DNA of 64,000 nucleotides from Macrostomum lignano. Its lineage: Eukaryota. The DNA is taken from NCBI GenBank assembly GCA_002269645.1, contig NIVC01001239.1, positions 124,001-188,000 of the forward strand, read 5' to 3'. The notes under the pieces were generated by a model that was not told the origin of the DNA, ran no database searches, and saw only the letters and a program-made list of their open reading frames with translations. Positions 59,310 through 64,000 of the stretch are shown in pieces. Positions within the stretch are counted from its first letter, which is position 1. Each line of letters starts with the position of its first letter. The translations under genes and the position numbers were made by a program.

Positions 59310-62300
59310 TCAACTGGAGTGCCCAGAACTGGCTGGGCAGGTCCCGTTGTCAATGAGCTCCATAGACCGCCGAATCTGAGATGAGATGCGGTTTTGTTAT
59401 AATAAATTAGTTTTAATTATCATAATCAAATACAATAAAATACGCGAAGTTTGTTGAAATCACAGGATTACATGTATTGTAGTAAAATCCTATACTTAGC
59501 CTGCGCCACTGTCTTATATTTAGCGCTACTGTCCTATATTTAGCGCTACTGTATTTTTTGGCGCCACTGTCCTATATTTGGCGCTACTGTCCTATATTTG
59601 GCGCCACTGTCCTATACTTGGTGCCACAGTCCTATATTTGGCGCCACTGTACAATATTTGGAGCGACAGTCTTACATTTGGCGCCACTGTACAATATTTG
59701 GCGCCACAGTCCTATATTTGGCGCCACTGTACAATATTTGGCGCCGCTGACCTATATTTGGCGCCACTGTCCTATACTTGGCGCCACTGTCCTATATTTG
59801 ACGCCACTGTCGTATACTTGGTGCCACAGTCCTATATTTGGCGCTACTGTACAATATTTGGAGCGAAAGTCTTACATTTGGCACCACTGTACAATATTTG
59901 GCGCCACAGTCCTATATTTGGCGCCACTGTACAATATTTGGAGCGACAGTCTTATATTTGGCGCCACTGTACAATATTTGGCGCCGCTGTCCTATATTTG
60001 GCGCCACTGTCCTATATTTGGCGCCACTGTCCTATATTTGCTGCCGCTGTCCTATATTTGGCGCCGCTGTCCTATATTTGGCGCCACTGTCCTACATTTG
60101 TTCTATATTCGGCTGTTCAGTCCAAGGACGGGGGGGTCGCCACACACCCTCAATTACCCCAGCTAATGCTGGCACCCATTTTACAGCTGGGTGAACTGAA
60201 GCAATGCAGAGTTGAGTGTCTTGCTCAAGGACACAAATAGTTCCGAAGGGATCGAGAATCGAACCCCCGACCTTTCAAATCCGACGCTCTAATTACCTAT
60301 TTCTGGTGCCAATGTCCTGCATAGTTTGCCACATAACGCCAAAATCGCCAAAGCAAGACTCAAAACTCACAGATTTCGCACGGCAGCTGTGACCCTGCCG
60401 CCACTTTCAAGCTGAGGCTTCTCTTGTTGCCGGCGTCCCCGCTGGCGCTGGCGTCCCCGGCTGCTGACCTTAGCCTGAGCATCTTCATCATTGCGCCGCC
60501 TCATCTGATCCAGTCGAGCAGCGGCTCGCATGCAGTCAGCCTTTTTCACAGCCTCCTGCAGCTCTATCAGTCGCTCCTTATAGGCATTTCGTTCCATTAA
60601 TAATCGAGTGACTTCGACTTGAGTGACAGCTGGATGATTGCCGCATTCGACGGTGTCATCTGTTTGAGCTGAAGAGTCTGCTGTAGCTGTCTCGCTGCTC
60701 AGCTGTGTCTGGAATTTGACGATGCTTTCCTCCGCTTGACAGAGTTGTCTCAGGAGACTCTCGTTGTCTCTGCAAATTGTGTGGGTTGAAGGATTTACTT
60801 ATAACTAGCTATAAGCCAAGAAGAATAAATTCTTAGTTTAGTAGGGTATCCAATGAGTTGTAGCCAATGGGGTAGAAGGGATCCAATGAGTTGTAGCCAA
60901 TGGGGTAGAAGGGATCCAATGAGTTGTAGCCAATGGGGTAGAAGGGATCCAATGAGTTGTAGCCAATGGGGTAGAAGGGATCCAATGAGTTGTAGCCAAT
61001 GGGGTAGAAGGGATCCAATGAGTTGTAGCCTATGGGGTAGAAGGTATCCAATGAGTTGTAGCCAATGGGGTAGAAGGTATCCAATGAGTTGTAGCCAATG
61101 GGGTAGAAGGGATCCAATGAGTTGTAGCCTATGGGGTAGAAGGTATCCAATGAGTTGTAGCCAATGGGGTAGAAGGTATCCAATGAGTTGTAGCCAATGG
61201 GGTAGAAGGGATCCAATGAGTTGTAGCCAATGGGGTAGAAGGGATCCAATGAGTTGTAGCCAATGGGGTTTATTTTTTTTTTTATTAGAGGCAGGGGGGT
61301 TGTGTGCACCCTGGCGCACTTTAAGCGACATAGGCACACAACTGGCGAGAGGCATTACTGCCCATTCCGCCAACTCCCCTGAGCAGGCACACAAGCGCGC
61401 GGATACGTACGCAGGCACACACTCACACAGGAGTGTACAGCGGCCCTAACTTTATTATCGTTAGGCATGTACACTTCACTGCGCCTTGGGGGGTTGGCTC
61501 TCAAGGCCGTTAATTGCACAAGCAGAGCCAAGCCGAGATTCCAATTCAGCCCCAAATTAATGTGACTGCACTTGGAATCGAGCCTGGGTCGCTGGCACAC
61601 CAGAGCAGCTGCGCTACCGCTGGGCTTGGCCCTTAGCCAATGGGGTAGAAGAGATCCAATTTACACGCTCACCTATCTGCATAGTTGATGCGAGCCGTCA
61701 GTCGTTCTTTAGTAGACTGGAGTTTGCTTCTGAAGATGGTAAGCCCGAAAATTATCTGTACTAAAATATATATCTATACTTGTATGTTATTGCATAAGGT
61801 TTATTTATTACAAAGTAAAAAATCACTCACACTGCCTCACGCAGTTCGACAATTTCTCCATTCAATATGTCAACCAGTCGCTCAGTTTCCTTGAATGCCT
61901 TCAAATCTAAAAAATTGAAGCACCGCAAACTTCACATTGTCAACTATCAGTTTACTTCAGTATTATTCTATAATTATGCCAGCCCATTTTGATCCTCGCC
62001 TTCATCAGCAGCCGCAGCCTCCTCCAATCTTCTAGAGAGTCGCCGACGCGCCTCGGCTTCTGACGCTGAAGTCCTGCGCCAGGCCTCGCGCTCCTCCGAT
62101 GCGGCCTCCTCAGCTGCGGCTAGTAGCGCCTCAACCTGGCGCCTGGCGCGGATTTCGCGCTCCAACTGACTGGCGGACTCGGCGCGCAACAGCCCCAGTT
62201 CGGCCTGGAAGTTCGACTGCGACGCCAAAGAGGACTCGAGAGATTCAAGGGCGCCAACCACCAGGGGCATCAGGCCTCGGACTGCGTCTTCGTCATATCT

Positions 62301-63305
62301 GGTGGTGGGTTGTTCCGTAAGCTGTTGAGATGGTCAGTAGATTGGTTAGTTGGTCAGAGAGTTGGTCAGTAGGTTGATGGGATTGTCAGCGGTTCGCTCA
62401 GTAGGTTGGTGGATTGTCAGTGGTTTGGTCAGTAGGTTGGTGGGATTGTCAGTGGTTTGGTCAGTAGGTTGGTGGGATCGTCAGTGGTTTGGTCAGTAGG
62501 TTGGTGGATTGTCAGTGGTTTGGTCAGTAGGTTGGTGGATTGCCAGTGGTTTGGTCAGTAGGTTGGTGGATTGTCAGTGGTTTGGTCAGTAGGTTGGTGG
62601 ATTGTCAGTGGTTTGGTCAGTAGGTTAGTGGATTGCCAGTGGTTTGGTCAGTAGGTTGGTGGATTGCCAGTGGTTTGGTCAGTAGGTTGGTGGATTGTCA
62701 GTGGTTTGGTCAGTAGGTTGGTGGGATCGTCAGTGGTTTGGTCAGTAGGTTGGTGGGATCGTCAGTGGTTTGGTCAGTAGGTTGGTGGATTGTCAGTGGT
62801 TTGGTGGGTTGGTCAGTAGGTCGGTCAATAGATTGGTTAGTTGGTCAGAGGGTTGGTCAATGGGTTGGTAGGTTGTTCAGTAGATTGGTTATAGTTGGTC
62901 AGTGGGTTAGTGGGTTGGTCAGAGAGTTGATCAGAGGGCTTGTCAGTAGATTGGTCAGTGTGTTAGCCAGTAGGCTGGTTAGTGGATTGGTCAGCGTGTT
63001 AGCCAGTAAGCTGGTCAGTAGATTGGTCAGCCAAATAGTCAGCAAGTTGGTAGGGCAGTCAGTGGGTTGGTCAAGTAGGTGGTCAGTTTTTAATTTAATT
63101 GGATTATATGGTTTTTGATAGTTCAATACATTTTACTTATATTAACCACTAAGAAAAATAAAAGTGCATACCTCTGTACAACCCTTTCAAATTCAGCATA
63201 GATGCTAGTAGCCAAATCTTGAACACAGTCAGATAAGACAGTTGGACTTGATGAATTTTGTTGCTCTACTAAGATGTCTCCATTAGAAAATTGGTGTGCA
63301 TACAT
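59310..63305 (-). CDS. RH1-RH2 coiled-coil adaptor (JIP3/JIP4- or RILP-like); exons 63305-63172, 62298-62065, 61729-61673, 60769-60469 (or to stop 60367), 59375-59310 (~263 aa)
   Basis: RH1: VLSDCVQDLATSIYAEFERVVQR|YDEDAVRGLMPLVVGALESLE (compare JIP3 [34 protein letters not shown]). A NYAD motif follows. RH2: VTRLLMERNAYKERLIELQEAV (compare JIP3 [22 protein letters not shown]). The exon 2 donor and last exon are tentative. Confidence 0.85.
59505..60098. repeat. 20-bp minisatellite (ggcgccactgtcctatattt), intronic
   Basis: About 29 copies. Confidence 0.95.
60109..60298 (-). mobile_element. tRNA-derived SINE, copy 2 (3'-shortened)
   Basis: Minus strand: ttagagcgtcggatttgaaaggtcgggggttcgattctc...gtgtccttgagcaagacactcaactctgcattgcttcagttcacccagctgtaaaatgggtgccagcattagctgg...ccttggactgaacagccg, near-identical in the core to copy 1. 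Confidence 0.85.
60845..61268. repeat. 33-bp minisatellite (ccaatgagttgtagccaatggggtagaagggat), intronic
   Basis: About 13 copies, plus an orphan partial unit at ~61636-61660. Confidence 0.95.
62330..62810. repeat. 31-bp minisatellite (gtggtttggtcagtaggttggtggattgtca), intronic, with degenerate flank to ~63090
   Basis: About 13 regular copies followed by decayed units. Confidence 0.92.
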
Positions 63306-64000
63306 AATGTTTTAATATATATAAGCTGAAATTATAATGAAGAAAAGAAGCAATTTTAGCTTAGATTCAAAGTTGCTTTAAAACTGAACATATTCAATAA
63401 TATTTCTATCTATAAGTTTCAGAAAATAGGTTTGTGGCAAATATCTCTTTAAAATATTGGTATTAATATTAGTTATATGTATCATGGGTATTACCTACTA
63501 CCTATATTACTTATTTCCTCCCTAGAAGCATTATTCTTTCTTATTTAAAAAATTCCATTAGTGCATACTTGAACTTTAAAATTATTCTCATTGCTTAGTT
63601 AATTATCTTTCTATACTAATGGAACATTGAAAAATACAAAATGGAAAGCAATTTTTATAGCTTCCTATTTAATGAATATTATTGCATTTGCATTTAGTAA
63701 ATACTAATAAAAGACTTAAAAGCTTGATAATAATATAATAATATATGGGGGATATATTATATATGTTCCATACCCTACATGGTTAGGTTAGGTTTTTGGG
63801 CATGCATATTGCAAATACTACACCCTATTACCTATCAAACTTTCATGACATTAAGTTGCTATGAAACATAAACAGAACATTTGAGGCCAATGCATTGCAT
63901 GATGATTTACATATTACTTACACCCATTTTAAAATATGCCTAAACATTTTATTTCTATATTTAATTATAAAATTTTCACCTGTTTCATTGGAATTATTTT

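Noticed and set aside
61560-61640. tRNA-like motif (ggctcgattcc on the minus strand)
   Set aside because: Only a weak B-box with no cloverleaf; insufficient to call a tRNA or SINE.

Overview
Eukaryotic animal genomic DNA: spliceosomal GT-AG introns, no operons, and extreme mini/microsatellite density. This style is reminiscent of a free-living flatworm such as Macrostomum (inference only). Reconstructed genes are: a secreted WSC+PAN/apple gene with a frameshift plus a truncated WSC paralog; an intronless gene of about 25 ankyrin repeats broken by one in-frame TAG; a small basic ORF with a mitochondrial-like N-terminus; a 3-exon T-box transcription factor (Eomes/Tbr-like); a 6-exon GnRH/AKH-receptor-like GPCR; an unrecognised gene of at least 5 exons; a divergent CK1/TTBK-family kinase with a frameshift; and a compact RH1-RH2 (JIP3/4- or RILP-like) gene. 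Mobile DNA includes two RTE-type LINE fragments, two copies of a tRNA-derived SINE, a MITE with long TIRs and a Helitron-like 5' end. More than 20 tandem arrays occur, and most of the larger introns carry their own distinct minisatellite. Most long ORFs in the supplied track are artefacts of these arrays.
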